A stretch of DNA of 62,213 bases, counting the filler, from an uncultured bacterium (GTDB taxonomy: Bacteria > Hinthialibacterota > Hinthialibacteria > Hinthialibacterales > Hinthialibacteraceae), in assembly GCA_964449065.1 (NCBI GenBank). It is 18 parts of 18 records of this genome, joined end to end, with 100 filler letters (N's around TTAATTAATTAA, not from the genome) between each part and the next. Parts side by side here need not be neighbours in the genome. Positions count along the whole stretch, not along the records: positions 1 to 3,477 come from CAYVAZ010000453.1; positions 3,578 to 7,031 come from CAYVAZ010000454.1; positions 7,132 to 10,568 come from CAYVAZ010000455.1; 15 more parts are not named here. One strand, 5' to 3'. Below are positions 1-9,314 of this stretch, one piece after another (position 1 is the stretch's first letter; every line of letters starts with the position of its first letter). Under the pieces are notes generated by a model. The model did not search any database. It was not told the origin of the DNA and saw only the letters and a program-made list of their open reading frames with translations. Both the position numbers and the translations under genes were made by a program.

Positions 1-2
1 AC

Positions 3-230
3 CACCGGCACCACGCGCTGTTCGTCGGCTATGCCCCGATCGATCGGCCGCGCTTTGCCGTCGCCGTCGTGGTCGAACACGGCATCGGCGGATCCCGGAC
101 CGCGGCCCCGCTCGCCCGGGACCTGTTGCGCGAGACCCAGGTGCGCGACCCGTTGCGGCCCCGCCAGTCGGCGGCGGTGCCCGCAGCAGCACCGTTGGCG
201 GCGGACGTGCCGCCCGCCGGGACGGAGTAG
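3..230 (+). CDS. mrdA: Penicillin-binding protein 2, C-terminal fragment (5' truncated)
   Basis: Frame 3 reads HALFVGYAPIDRPRFAVAVVVEHGIGGSRTAAPLARDLL; directly upstream of rodA. Confidence 0.85.
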   Translation, partial: HRHHALFVGYAPIDRPRFAVAVVVEHGIGGSRTAAPLARDLLRETQVRDPLRPRQSAAVPAAAPLAADVPPAGTE

Positions 231-234
231 GCGG

Positions 235-1386
235 GTGGCCTTCAACCTTGGCGCCAATCCGGTCGAACGCACCATCCTCGACAAGCTGTGGCATGTCGGC
301 TGGCTGTTCCTGGGTCTCATCAGCGTGATCGCCGGGATCGGTGTCGTCGCCCTCTACTCCGCGGCCAACGGCTCGTTCGAACCCTGGGCTTCGCGACAGC
401 TGGCGCGGTTCTCGATGGCGATGGCGCTCCTCCTGATCATGGGGCTGATCGACCTTCGCCTCTATCTGCGCCTCGCCCATGTCATCTATGTCGGGGCACT
501 CGGCCTCCTGGTCGCCGTGGAACTGGTCGGGGACGTCGGCATGGGGGCGCAGCGCTGGCTCGACCTGGGCTTCATGCAACTGCAGCCGTCCGAAATGATG
601 AAGGTGGCGCTGGTCCTGTCTCTGGCACGGGTCTTCCACCTGGCAGCACCTGAGGACATCGCGCGGCCGAGCTTCCTGCTCCTGCCGACGGCCATGGTCC
701 TCGCCCCGGTCGCTCTCGTCCTGATGCAGCCGGACCTGGGCACCGCCGTGATCCTGCTTGCCGTCGGCGGGGTCATGTTCTTCCTGGGCGGGGTCCGGAT
801 CTGGAAGTTCGCGCTGGTCATCGCGGCGGGCCTGGCGGCGATACCGATCGCCTGGCAGTTCCTGCACGACTACCAGCAGCGCCGGGTCCTCACCTTCCTG
901 AATGGCGAGGACGACCCGCTCGGGGCGGGCTACCACATCATGCAGGCGAAGATCGCCCTCGGCTCCGGCGGGGTTTCCGGCAAGGGCTTCCTGCAGGGCA
1001 CCCAGTCCCACCTGAACTTCCTGCCGGAAAAGCAGACCGACTTCATCTTCACCCTGTTCGCGGAAGAATGGGGCCTGGTCGGCGCCCTCGGCCTGATCGG
1101 CCTCTACCTCCTGGTGATCGTCTACGGCTTCGCCGTGGGCCTGCGCGCGCGCAGCCAGTTCGGCCGGCTGATCGCCCTCGGCCTGACCGGCAACCTCTAC
1201 TTCTACGTCTTCGTGAACATCGCCATGGTGATGGGCATGATCCCGGTGGTCGGCGTGCCCCTGCCGCTGATGTCCTATGGCGGCACGGCGATGCTGACGG
1301 TGATGATCGGCTTCGGCCTGATGATGTCGGTCCTCGTCCACCGGGACCTCAGGCTCGGCCGGCGCGCTCTCTACGACGACGAATAG
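235..1386 (+). CDS. rodA: Rod shape-determining protein RodA (SEDS glycosyltransferase)
   Basis: GAQRWL, QPSE, QPDLGT, LPEKQTDFIF, GVPLPLMSYGG motifs; GTG start at 235 chosen over the ORF-track start. Confidence 0.95.
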   Translation: MAFNLGANPVERTILDKLWHVGWLFLGLISVIAGIGVVALYSAANGSFEPWASRQLARFSMAMALLLIMGLIDLRLYLRLAHVIYVGALGLLVAVELVGDVGMGAQRWLDLGFMQLQPSEMMKVALVLSLARVFHLAAPEDIARPSFLLLPTAMVLAPVALVLMQPDLGTAVILLAVGGVMFFLGGVRIWKFALVIAAGLAAIPIAWQFLHDYQQRRVLTFLNGEDDPLGAGYHIMQAKIALGSGGVSGKGFLQGTQSHLNFLPEKQTDFIFTLFAEEWGLVGALGLIGLYLLVIVYGFAVGLRARSQFGRLIALGLTGNLYFYVFVNIAMVMGMIPVVGVPLPLMSYGGTAMLTVMIGFGLMMSVLVHRDLRLGRRALYDDE

Positions 1387-1423
1387 ATCGCGCACGAGCG
1401 CGCCGGACCCCGGGCCCCTCCCT

Positions 1424-2896
1424 CTAGACGTGATCGACGGTCGGCAGCGCCATCGGCGCCAGCTCGTCCAGGGTGCGGCCGGCCCAGTCGTTGGTCGGCA
1501 CCTTGAACGACGCCCGCTTCTGGGCCTCCTCCAGCGCCGCGCTCGCGGCCTCGAGGTCGATGGTGGTGACCTGCCCGTCGGCGACGACCTGGCGGCCGTC
1601 CACGAACACGTCCTTGATGGCCCGCTCATGGGCGACATAGATCAGGCTGCGCATCGGCTCGCGCAGCGGCCGCATCGACGGTGCCATGACGTCGACCAGC
1701 ACGACGTCCGCCTTCATGCCGACCGCAAGGCGCCCGATATCGTCGCGGCGCAGCGCCGTCGCCCCGCCGATGGTGGCGGCGTTCAGGACATCGACGGTTT
1801 CGACGTCCGCGACCGATTCCCCGATCACCCGATTGGTGTGGAGGGCGTTGCGCATCTCGTCCAGGAAGTTGTGCGGATAGGTGTCGGTGCCGATGCCCAT
1901 GTTGACGCCGGCGCGGACATAGCCGCCGAAGGTCCTGAGAGAGATACCGCGGCGCAGGAACACCGTCGGGCAGTGGGCGACGGTCGCCCCGTTGTCCGCC
2001 AGGAGGCCCAGATCCTTGCGCGTCGTCCAATGCAGCCACGGGTGGTGGTCGAGGAAGATGCCGTGGCCGATGATCGAATGGTCGCCCAAGGCACCGATCG
2101 AGTGCATCCACTGGATCGGCGTCATGCCGTGCCGGCGCTGCATCTCGTGGAACTCGGTAACGCTCTGGGCCGCGTGAATCTGGAACGGCAGGTTCCGTTC
2201 GTTGGCGTAGTCGTAGCTGTCGCGGATCAGCTCGGCCGAGCAGGTATCGATCTGGGCCGGCGTGATCATGCCGGACAAGCGGCCGGACGGGTGCTGGCGC
2301 GCAAGCTCGACCAACTGGCGCGCGCGGTCGAAACCGTCGCGGCCGGCCTTCTGATCCCACTCGTATTCCAGCTCATGGCCGTTGCGGGTGAACCAGCGCG
2401 CGTCGCGGTACATCGGCGCGATGCAGGCCCGGATGCCGCTGTCGGCGAGGACGTCGAGCCAACCGTCGAACGGCATCGACAGATCGGCGACCGTGGTCAC
2501 ACCCGACTGCAGCAGTTCCGCCAGGGCGACCTGCATACAGGCCACATACCCCTCCGGATCGGGGTTGATGACCGTCAGGTACTCGTAAAGGGAGGAGTGC
2601 CAGAAACCGGGGCTGCGCGTTTCGTCCGTGATGCCTTTGCGCAACGGCTCCGACGTCGGATGCGTGTGGATGTTGACCAGGCCCGGCATGACCATCCGCG
2701 CCCGCCCGTCGATCTCCCGATCGGCCGGCCCGACATAGCCCTTGCTGACGAAGGTGATCTGATCGCCCGTGAACGCCACGTCGGCGTCGCGCAGATAGAC
2801 ATGGGCAGACGTCGCCTTGTCCCAGGCCACCACCCAGGCGGCATTGCGAATCACCGTGGTCGCCGTGGCGGCGGCGCTGGTCGAGGTATCGGTCAT
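1424..2896 (-). CDS. Metal-dependent amidohydrolase (AtzA/SsnA/MtaD-like)
   Basis: PGLVNIHTH (HxH), QIHAAQ, GHG, HCP, GIGTD, G-KADVVLVD motifs. Confidence 0.9.
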   Translation of the reverse strand: MTDTSTSAAATATTVIRNAAWVVAWDKATSAHVYLRDADVAFTGDQITFVSKGYVGPADREIDGRARMVMPGLVNIHTHPTSEPLRKGITDETRSPGFWHSSLYEYLTVINPDPEGYVACMQVALAELLQSGVTTVADLSMPFDGWLDVLADSGIRACIAPMYRDARWFTRNGHELEYEWDQKAGRDGFDRARQLVELARQHPSGRLSGMITPAQIDTCSAELIRDSYDYANERNLPFQIHAAQSVTEFHEMQRRHGMTPIQWMHSIGALGDHSIIGHGIFLDHHPWLHWTTRKDLGLLADNGATVAHCPTVFLRRGISLRTFGGYVRAGVNMGIGTDTYPHNFLDEMRNALHTNRVIGESVADVETVDVLNAATIGGATALRRDDIGRLAVGMKADVVLVDVMAPSMRPLREPMRSLIYVAHERAIKDVFVDGRQVVADGQVTTIDLEAASAALEEAQKRASFKVPTNDWAGRTLDELAPMALPTVDHV

Positions 2897-3220
2897 GTCC
2901 GGGCTCTCCTTCGGTCGGGGAACAGTCTCAAGGCATCGAGATCATAGCCCTCCCCCGTGGATGACGCACGACCTGGCTTAATGTAGCATTCATGCATCAA
3001 TAGCCATGGTGATTTCGCCACGATTCGGCTGATTCAGGGGGATTCACGCTTGCTGCAGCGACAAGCCTGACGCACCTTCTTCCTAGCACTCCCCCTCCCC
3101 ATTCCGTGAGCCTCCCCGGGCGAGCGGACCCTGGCAAGGGTCGAGGGGTGGGGAGTCAGTAGGGGGCACGTGAAAGGTCGCGGCAGCCACCGCCGACCGG
3201 TCGTCGAGGACATGGGCGAG

Positions 3221-3477
3221 ATGGAAAAGCTGAGCGAAAAGACCAAACGCCGCTTCGTTCAGGAAGCGCTGTCGAGCGACGGCAGTTTCTCTGGCCTGTG
3301 CCTGAAATACGGCATCACCCGGCGCACCGGCTACAACTGGAAAGCCCGTTACGAGGACGAGGTCCGCGCGGACATGGAACGCGCCGCGGCCGAACGGACC
3401 AAGGCCCGCGCCAAGCCCGCAGCCCCGCGCGGCAGCGGTGCCAGGACGAACGCCAAGGCCGGCAAGACGGCGGCGAC
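3221..3477 (+). CDS. HTH protein resembling the IS481-family N-terminal HTH, with Ala/Lys-rich tail (3' truncated)
   Basis: RRFV...SFSGLCLKYGITRRTGYNWKARY. Confidence 0.55.
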
Positions 3478-3577
3478 NNNNNNNNNNNNNNNNNNNNNNN
3501 NNNNNNNNNNNNNNNNNNNNNTTAATTAATTAANNNNNNNNNNNNNNNNNNNNNNNNNNNNNNNNNNNNNNNNNNNN
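3478..3577. other. Artificial contig linker N44-TTAATTAATTAA-N44 (first of 17; others at 7032, 10569, 14102, 17630, 21152, 24668, 28167, 31665, 35141, 38613, 42076, 45508, 48908, 52285, 55622, 58939)
   Basis: Same 100-nt N-padded all-frame-stop spacer recurs; contig lengths decrease monotonically. Confidence 0.98.
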
Positions 3578-3627
3578 ATCTGTTAAGCCGTTTTGATTTT
3601 CGTGAACAATCCAAATTGGAAATGGTA
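3578..3627 (+). mobile_element. MITE family A, right end (partial)
   Basis: Near-identical to 6702-6744 and to the reverse complement of 48855-48907; ends GGAAATGGTA. Confidence 0.75.
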
Positions 3628-3690
3628 TTATTACACAAATCGCCCGGAATTTTATTCAGTCAGGGGGGACCGGTATCCGTCATTTAATCG

Positions 3691-3728
3691 TTGTCACCAG
3701 GTAGGGGCACGTTGCAACGTGCCCCTAC
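3691..3728. repeat. GTAG-family REP palindrome GTAGGGGCACGTTGCAACGTGCCCCTAC
   Basis: Perfect palindrome at 3701-3728; second copy at about 38955-38977. Confidence 0.8.
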
Positions 3729-3772
3729 AAAGAAGGGGGATCGACACCCGTCATCTTATCGTTGACAATGTA

Positions 3773-4651
3773 CTAGTTTTTGTGAAACCAGCGGATAAGA
3801 CGGTTGCATAAATCTTCGAAGACGGGGTTGCCTTCGTTCATAAAGTCATTGTGCTTTCCGTCAATCACGAAGAATTCCTTCGGCTCATGCGTGAGGTAAT
3901 GCAGAACTTGCGATTGCTCAAGGGGATGGAGATTGTTGTATTTGCCGTGTCCGATAAAGACCGGGCAATTGAGTTCATAGGCTTTTGCAAGCGGCTTAAA
4001 CCGCATGATGGATTCCACCACTTCAAGAGAGACTTGACCGCTGAATTTATCCATGCTGCGCAGATGGGTTTTGACGATTCCGGCGGTATCGGGATCGAGC
4101 GGATAGCCAATAAAGCAATCCACGTAGGTGATTTTTCCGTTTTTTATGCGTTCGATTCTGTCTTGTTCGATCTTTTTCTGCAGGTCGTTAAATTGAGATT
4201 TCGAGTAAACATGTTTATAGAACATACGGCCGTCAAATAGACCATTCAACACAACTAACGATTGCACTTCTTCATCTGTGATTGCCACATCCAGCGCAAG
4301 ACCGGCTCCCATGCCCCACCCCAAAAGGTTGATGGTTTCGCCTTCGATAAACTCTTGCAACAGCAGGTATTGAATGGCGTTGCGAATATCGGATGTCTGC
4401 TCTTCTAAAATAATGCGTTTGGCCATCCCCTCGCTGGAACCCTGCCCGCGGTAATCAAAACCTAACACAACAAAGCCCGCGGCTGTGAAGCGGCTGGCAA
4501 ACATTTTGGGGTAAAACGCATTCAAGCCGGTATAGCCGGAACAGACTACTATACCGGGATATCTATCGGATTCATTAAAATAATCCGGGACATAAAAGGC
4601 TGCATCCAGTTTGAGGTAATCACTGTAAAAGTGGGTTGGAATGACTTGCAT
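3773..4651 (-). CDS. Alpha/beta hydrolase fold protein with atypical nucleophile elbow
   Basis: FDYRGQGSSEG, GWGMGAG (Gly in place of Ser), C-terminal GKHNDF. Confidence 0.85.
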   Translation of the reverse strand: MQVIPTHFYSDYLKLDAAFYVPDYFNESDRYPGIVVCSGYTGLNAFYPKMFASRFTAAGFVVLGFDYRGQGSSEGMAKRIILEEQTSDIRNAIQYLLLQEFIEGETINLLGWGMGAGLALDVAITDEEVQSLVVLNGLFDGRMFYKHVYSKSQFNDLQKKIEQDRIERIKNGKITYVDCFIGYPLDPDTAGIVKTHLRSMDKFSGQVSLEVVESIMRFKPLAKAYELNCPVFIGHGKYNNLHPLEQSQVLHYLTHEPKEFFVIDGKHNDFMNEGNPVFEDLCNRLIRWFHKN

Positions 4652-4918
4652 GGTACGACTCCAGACCGGTGAGGAAATTGGAAGAAAACAAACGTTGGCG
4701 GTTAGTCTATCACATTTTTTTGATTTTCCAGGGAGTCAAACAGGGGGAATAAAAATCCTGCTCATTTTTTTAACTTTAGTTTTATGGCTGTATCCACCTT
4801 TCGTTGACAATACAGAATCCCTTCGCTCCTTGCCATAATGCTTATGGGTATGGCAAAATAGGATATTGAAGTTTACATTTTCTATCTGTATAAAAATCAC
4901 AACTGAAGGAGAGGAAAA

Positions 4919-6262
4919 ATGGCATCTAAAAAAACGAACCGCCGTACATTCTTTAGACAAAGCCTAGCGGCCGGCAGCGGACTGATGATCCTGAACCACA
5001 ATGTTCTCCATGCCGCCAATGAAAAATTGAATATCGCCTTGATTGGCGCGTATGGACGGGCAAGAGCGCATTACTCTACCCTGCGCGATGAAAATGTGCT
5101 GGCAATCTGTGACGTGAATGAGAAAAGCATTGCCCATGCCAAGAAAGAGTTTCCCGACGCGAAGGTGTATGAAGATTGGCGCCGCTGTTTGGATCACCCC
5201 GGCCTTGATGCGGTGTTGTGCTGCACAACCGACTTCACCCACGCGTTTATTTCAAACTGGGCGCTGAACCGGGATTATCATATTTATATGGAAAAGCCGT
5301 TAGCGATCACGGTAGAAGAAGCACGCATCGTGCGGGATAACTACATGAAACGCAGAAACAAACTGGCCACGCAGGTGGGAATGCAGCGCCATGCCTACCC
5401 CAACTTTAACCGCATTCGCGAAAGCATTCATGACGGGGCGATTGGAGAACTAAAAGAAGCCTGCGCGTGGGGCAACCGCCAAATCCGCAAAGACGGCTAC
5501 TACAAAAAAGAGAGCCCGGTTCCGCCGCATATCAATTGGGATTTGTGGCTGGGGCCATCGCCGGAACATCCCTACAGTTCGAAATACTTTGATGCCGGCC
5601 CCGGGGCGGGCTGCTTACAATGGAACATGTTTTGGGATTTCGGTATCGGGCAGATGGGCGATATGGGCAGCCACACGATGGACATTTTATGGAACGTTGT
5701 CGATGCCGAATTACCGACCAGCATTCAAGCGGAAAGCCCGGAAGCATTTGATCCGGAAGTCACCCCGGTTGAATTAACCGCTTATTACAAATTCCCCGCG
5801 AACAACTGGCGGGATGAAATTGATGTGACGTGGTATCAAGGCGGGGCGATGCCGGAATCACCCTCACCGTGGCTTGATTTAAACAAGATCGGGCATGGGG
5901 CCATGTTTAAAGGCGATAAGGGTGTATTGATTACCGATTTCCGTAAGCACCTGATTATCCCAGATGATGAAATCCGAAACATGGCGCATTTTGATCCGCG
6001 GTCCACGGAAGAAGCGGCACCAGATTTGGGGCATTTTCAAACCCAGTGGAAAAACGCGTGCCGCAACGGCAAGCCCGCGGATACCGCCTGCAACTTTAAA
6101 TACAGCGCCGATATGATCGAGACCATGGCTCTTGGTTTGGTCGCGTTCCGGGCGGAAGGCGATTTGAATTACGACGGTAAAAACGGTGAAATCACCAACA
6201 ACGCCAGCGCGAATGAGTATTTGTCAAAACCCTATCGTGAGGGTTGGACGTTGAACGGATAG
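4919..6262 (+). CDS. Tat-exported Gfo/Idh/MocA oxidoreductase
   Basis: NRRTFF Tat motif, IALIG, EKPL, WDLWLGP, DMGSH. Confidence 0.92.
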   Translation: MASKKTNRRTFFRQSLAAGSGLMILNHNVLHAANEKLNIALIGAYGRARAHYSTLRDENVLAICDVNEKSIAHAKKEFPDAKVYEDWRRCLDHPGLDAVLCCTTDFTHAFISNWALNRDYHIYMEKPLAITVEEARIVRDNYMKRRNKLATQVGMQRHAYPNFNRIRESIHDGAIGELKEACAWGNRQIRKDGYYKKESPVPPHINWDLWLGPSPEHPYSSKYFDAGPGAGCLQWNMFWDFGIGQMGDMGSHTMDILWNVVDAELPTSIQAESPEAFDPEVTPVELTAYYKFPANNWRDEIDVTWYQGGAMPESPSPWLDLNKIGHGAMFKGDKGVLITDFRKHLIIPDDEIRNMAHFDPRSTEEAAPDLGHFQTQWKNACRNGKPADTACNFKYSADMIETMALGLVAFRAEGDLNYDGKNGEITNNASANEYLSKPYREGWTLNG

Positions 6263-6355
6263 CGGGTTCCAGTGTGTTTGCTAACAATTGCCTCGCTTTA
6301 GGCCCCTTCTCATTTCTTTGACTCATTCAGGGGCAGATGTTCTTTCACATGATAC

Positions 6356-6418
6356 CAGGGGCGGCGTTCTCTTCGGTTACTCTGCCCCTGGCTATCTTTT
6401 GTAACCCCGCTGGAGCAA
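6356..6418. repeat. REP-like imperfect hairpin (CCAGGGGC...GCCCCTGG)
   Basis: Inverted repeat in the intergenic region downstream of the oxidoreductase. Confidence 0.55.
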
Positions 6419-6484
6419 ACGGCTCAAGCCAATGGCAATGAGCTTAAACTTGATCTTGGACTTCTATTGCTGATTTATGTGTTA

Positions 6485-6753
6485 TACCATTTTCAAATAG
6501 AAAAGTTCACTATGAATGACGGAACGGAAAATAGTATTCATAATAGTGCAGGCATCTTGCCTGCAAAAGCCTTTGTCTCCCCCAAAGCATTTGGGGGAGA
6601 TGTCCGACGCAAGGAGGACAGAGGGGGCGCGAAGAGAACCATAAACCATAAAGATTCAACCTGCTTTAAAAAAGTTTTTCCCATGGCAATCAAACAAAGC
6701 AATCTGTTAAGCCGTTTTGATTTTAGTGAACAATCCAAATTGGATTTGGAAAT
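6485..6753 (+). mobile_element. MITE family A, near full length (about 270 bp), with internal REP-like hairpins
   Basis: Left end TACCATTTTCAAATAGAAAAGTTCAC is an imperfect inverse of the family right end GTGAACAATCCAAATTGGAAATGGTA; other copies at 3578, 28057, 48855. Confidence 0.75.
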
Positions 6754-6754
6754 A

Positions 6755-6904
6755 TACCGTTTGCAAATAGAAAAACCAAGTTAAAAAGAGCCAATATGTG
6801 TGCAGGCAAGGATGCCTGCACCACAACGATTTCTAGGCTGTATTGTAGTGCAGGCGTCCCGCCTGCTTATGTTGTTTTCTCGGAAATTAAAATTGCAAAC
6901 GGTA
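6755..6904. mobile_element. MITE family B (150 bp) carrying an inverted REP doublet
   Basis: Perfect 12-bp terminal IR TACCGTTTGCAA/TTGCAAACGGTA; internal GCAGGCAAGGATGCCTGCACCAC and GTAGTGCAGGCGTCCCGCCTGC. Confidence 0.75.
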
Positions 6905-7031
6905 TTACACCCAGCCGCGTATAAAAAGTGAGTGATCGTTCACGCAGCCATACGGGATAATGAAACTGTAGTAGTCTGACAGAGTCTTAATGTCGGGTTG
7001 TATTGGGAGGGCGAGGCTCCCGCCGAGCCAC
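6905..7031 (+). repeat. Repeat family C plus GGAGGGCGAGGCTCCCGCCGAGCC REP (contig end)
   Basis: ATAAAAAGTGAGT...GCAGCCATACGGG also at about 17757-17795; REP also at 38584-38607. Confidence 0.65.
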
Positions 7032-7131
7032 NNNNNNNNNNNNNNNNNNNNNNNNNNNNNNNNNNNNNNNNNNNNTTAATTAATTAANNNNNNNNNNNNN
7101 NNNNNNNNNNNNNNNNNNNNNNNNNNNNNNN

Positions 7132-7710
7132 TTTCCAAAAGAACTCATTCCATTTTGCCATGGCTTTAGACCGACCCGCATCATCGCGTTTAAAGTTGTC
7201 TTTGTGTTTGATGTCGGTCGAAGCAATTAAATAATCGCCAAATTTGGCGTGTGCCTCTTGCCATTCGCGCTGGTTGATGGGCAGCCAATCGTTGGGGTTG
7301 CGGTGGCTGTTCAAAGCATGCATTCCCTCTAACCGTCCCTTGATGTTTATGTAGCGGTAGGTTAAAAACCGCCATTGTTTGGGGTTGGGTTTAAAATCAT
7401 TCAATACATCTTTCATGGCACGGTTATTGGATAAATACGGTACCGGCTTGGAGAGGGGATCGGTTAAAATAAAGGGGATAAACCCATCAATATCAGGGGG
7501 TAATGAGCCGTTATCCATCCGGTATGTTTCGAGTGCCAGTTGAATGGTTTTCATATCCGCCAGTGCCGTGCTGATTTTTGCCCGTTCTTTAGCCAAACGA
7601 AAATTGGTTGTAACCATCAAGGACAATATGCCGATTATCCCTACCACGACAAGAAGTTCAATGATAGAAAAACCGTTTTTTTTATTTCTTGCATTACGCA
7701 TGATAAACAC
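7132..7710 (-). CDS. Prepilin-type N-methylation protein (3' truncated)
   Basis: KKNG|FSIIELLVVVGIIGIL class III signal; LALETYRMDNGSLP. Confidence 0.88.
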
Positions 7711-8102
7711 TCCTTGCTTGTGAGTTTATTGTAAACGACTTGATCTGTAAAATGTTCTAAATATTGATAATTCTATTAAATGTAAGTAGAACCATCTACA
7801 GATTGAATATCGAATCTTGGTTAAGTATACAAATCTTTTGTATTGCGTCAAGTCCCCGAAAGAATTTTTTTGAAAAAGTCGAATTCGAGTCATTTTTGCG
7901 GCGCCGGATAACCAAAGAGAACGAAACTCTCAAGATAATACCGATTCTATTTTAGATGCTAGAGGAAACGCCGCGATGTGCCTCTGCGAAAGAAGATGTA
8001 TACCAGCTTGCAAAAAGAAAGTGAGTGATTCCATCTTTTTTCTCCCACAACCTCATAAATGCTTCTCATAATTCCCTATGAACAGTGTAGGATTCAGGTT
8101 GA

Positions 8103-9212
8103 TCAAATTACGATCCGCCCCAACTTGTTACACATCCCAATCAAACAGGCCATTTCATAACTGATGGTTCCCGCCCGCTCAGCCAATTCATCCAGCGTGA
8201 CTGTTTCATCCCCTTGCCTGCCCACCAATACGCATTCATCCCCGATCTGTACATGGTTCAAATCGGTCACATCAACGGTGACGAGATTCATCGATACCCT
8301 CCCCACCACCGGACAGCGTCTGCCGTGAATCAACACATCCGCGTTGTTGGAAAGCGTTCTCAGGTAGCCATTGGCATAGCCGATGGGCAGGGTTGCAATG
8401 CGGCTGTCCCATCCAGTTGTGTAGGTCATCCCATACCCAATTGTGCTGCCTTTCGGTACTTCTCTCACTTGTACCACACGGGTTTTCCAATTCATCACCG
8501 GCTGCAATTCACTTGGCAATATGAAAGAGTTCGAGGGCCGCAATCCATACGATGCAATCCCCACTCTCACCATACTATGGGTTCGCTCCGGCAGCCGCAA
8601 TGATGCCGCGCTATTTGAGGTATGAACAATCAATCCGCTTTGGTTGATTGGCAGCGTATCCAGTAACGATACAAACCGCTTTTCCTGCTCCAATGTAACC
8701 GCATCATCTTCATCCGCGCTGGGAAAATGCGTCATTACCCCTTTGATTTTGAGATGCGGCAACGAAATGCTTTGGTGCAAATCTTCATATTGTTGCGGCA
8801 GATGAAAGCCCATGCGGCTGATGCCGGCATCGATTTTTAGGTGTACAGAAACGGTTTGGTTTCGTTCTTTTGCCGCGTTGGAAATCAATACCGCGGATTT
8901 GTATGAACCGGCGATTTCTTCAATTTGAAGAGGGATGGCTTCCCGTACTTCTTCTAACAAGGCCGGGCGCAGCCGTAAGAGCGGGAACTGAATCCCCAAA
9001 TCACGGATGACCTGTGCTTCCTGGTTTTCGGTGATTCCTAAATAAGAAACACCGGCTTGGATGGCCTCGGGGGCCAACGCTTCCAGCCCGTGTCCATAAG
9101 CATCCGCCTTAACGACAGCGCAGATTTTGGCCGTTTTAGGCAACCGATTTTTGATGACTATTATATTATGATGATATGCCTGCGCATGGATTGGAACGGA
9201 GGATGGATTCAT
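8103..9212 (-). CDS. alr: Alanine racemase family PLP enzyme, Bsr-like variant
   Basis: CAVVKADAYGHG, HLKIDAG, MTHF, VRVGIASYG, IGYG, GYANGY, VGRVSMN. Confidence 0.9.
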   Translation of the reverse strand: MNPSSVPIHAQAYHHNIIVIKNRLPKTAKICAVVKADAYGHGLEALAPEAIQAGVSYLGITENQEAQVIRDLGIQFPLLRLRPALLEEVREAIPLQIEEIAGSYKSAVLISNAAKERNQTVSVHLKIDAGISRMGFHLPQQYEDLHQSISLPHLKIKGVMTHFPSADEDDAVTLEQEKRFVSLLDTLPINQSGLIVHTSNSAASLRLPERTHSMVRVGIASYGLRPSNSFILPSELQPVMNWKTRVVQVREVPKGSTIGYGMTYTTGWDSRIATLPIGYANGYLRTLSNNADVLIHGRRCPVVGRVSMNLVTVDVTDLNHVQIGDECVLVGRQGDETVTLDELAERAGTISYEMACLIGMCNKLGRIVI

Positions 9213-9314
9213 CGCTCGGTTGACCCTTCTCGTGTGGTTGTGGGTAGTCTATGATGAGCACAGACGGCTGTCAAACATTGAATTCTATGATTGTATTACT
9301 TGAGGAGCATTTCC

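Noticed and set aside
1430..2947. 505-aa plus-strand ORF and similar long overlapping ORFs
   Set aside because: Antisense shadow of the amidohydrolase in high-GC DNA with no recognisable motifs; the same applies to shadows over IS110, the TonB receptor and feoB.
6467..6784. Small ORFs over repeat regions (also 24939-25175, 41900-42127, 3593-3811)
   Set aside because: They lie within non-coding MITE/REP sequence.
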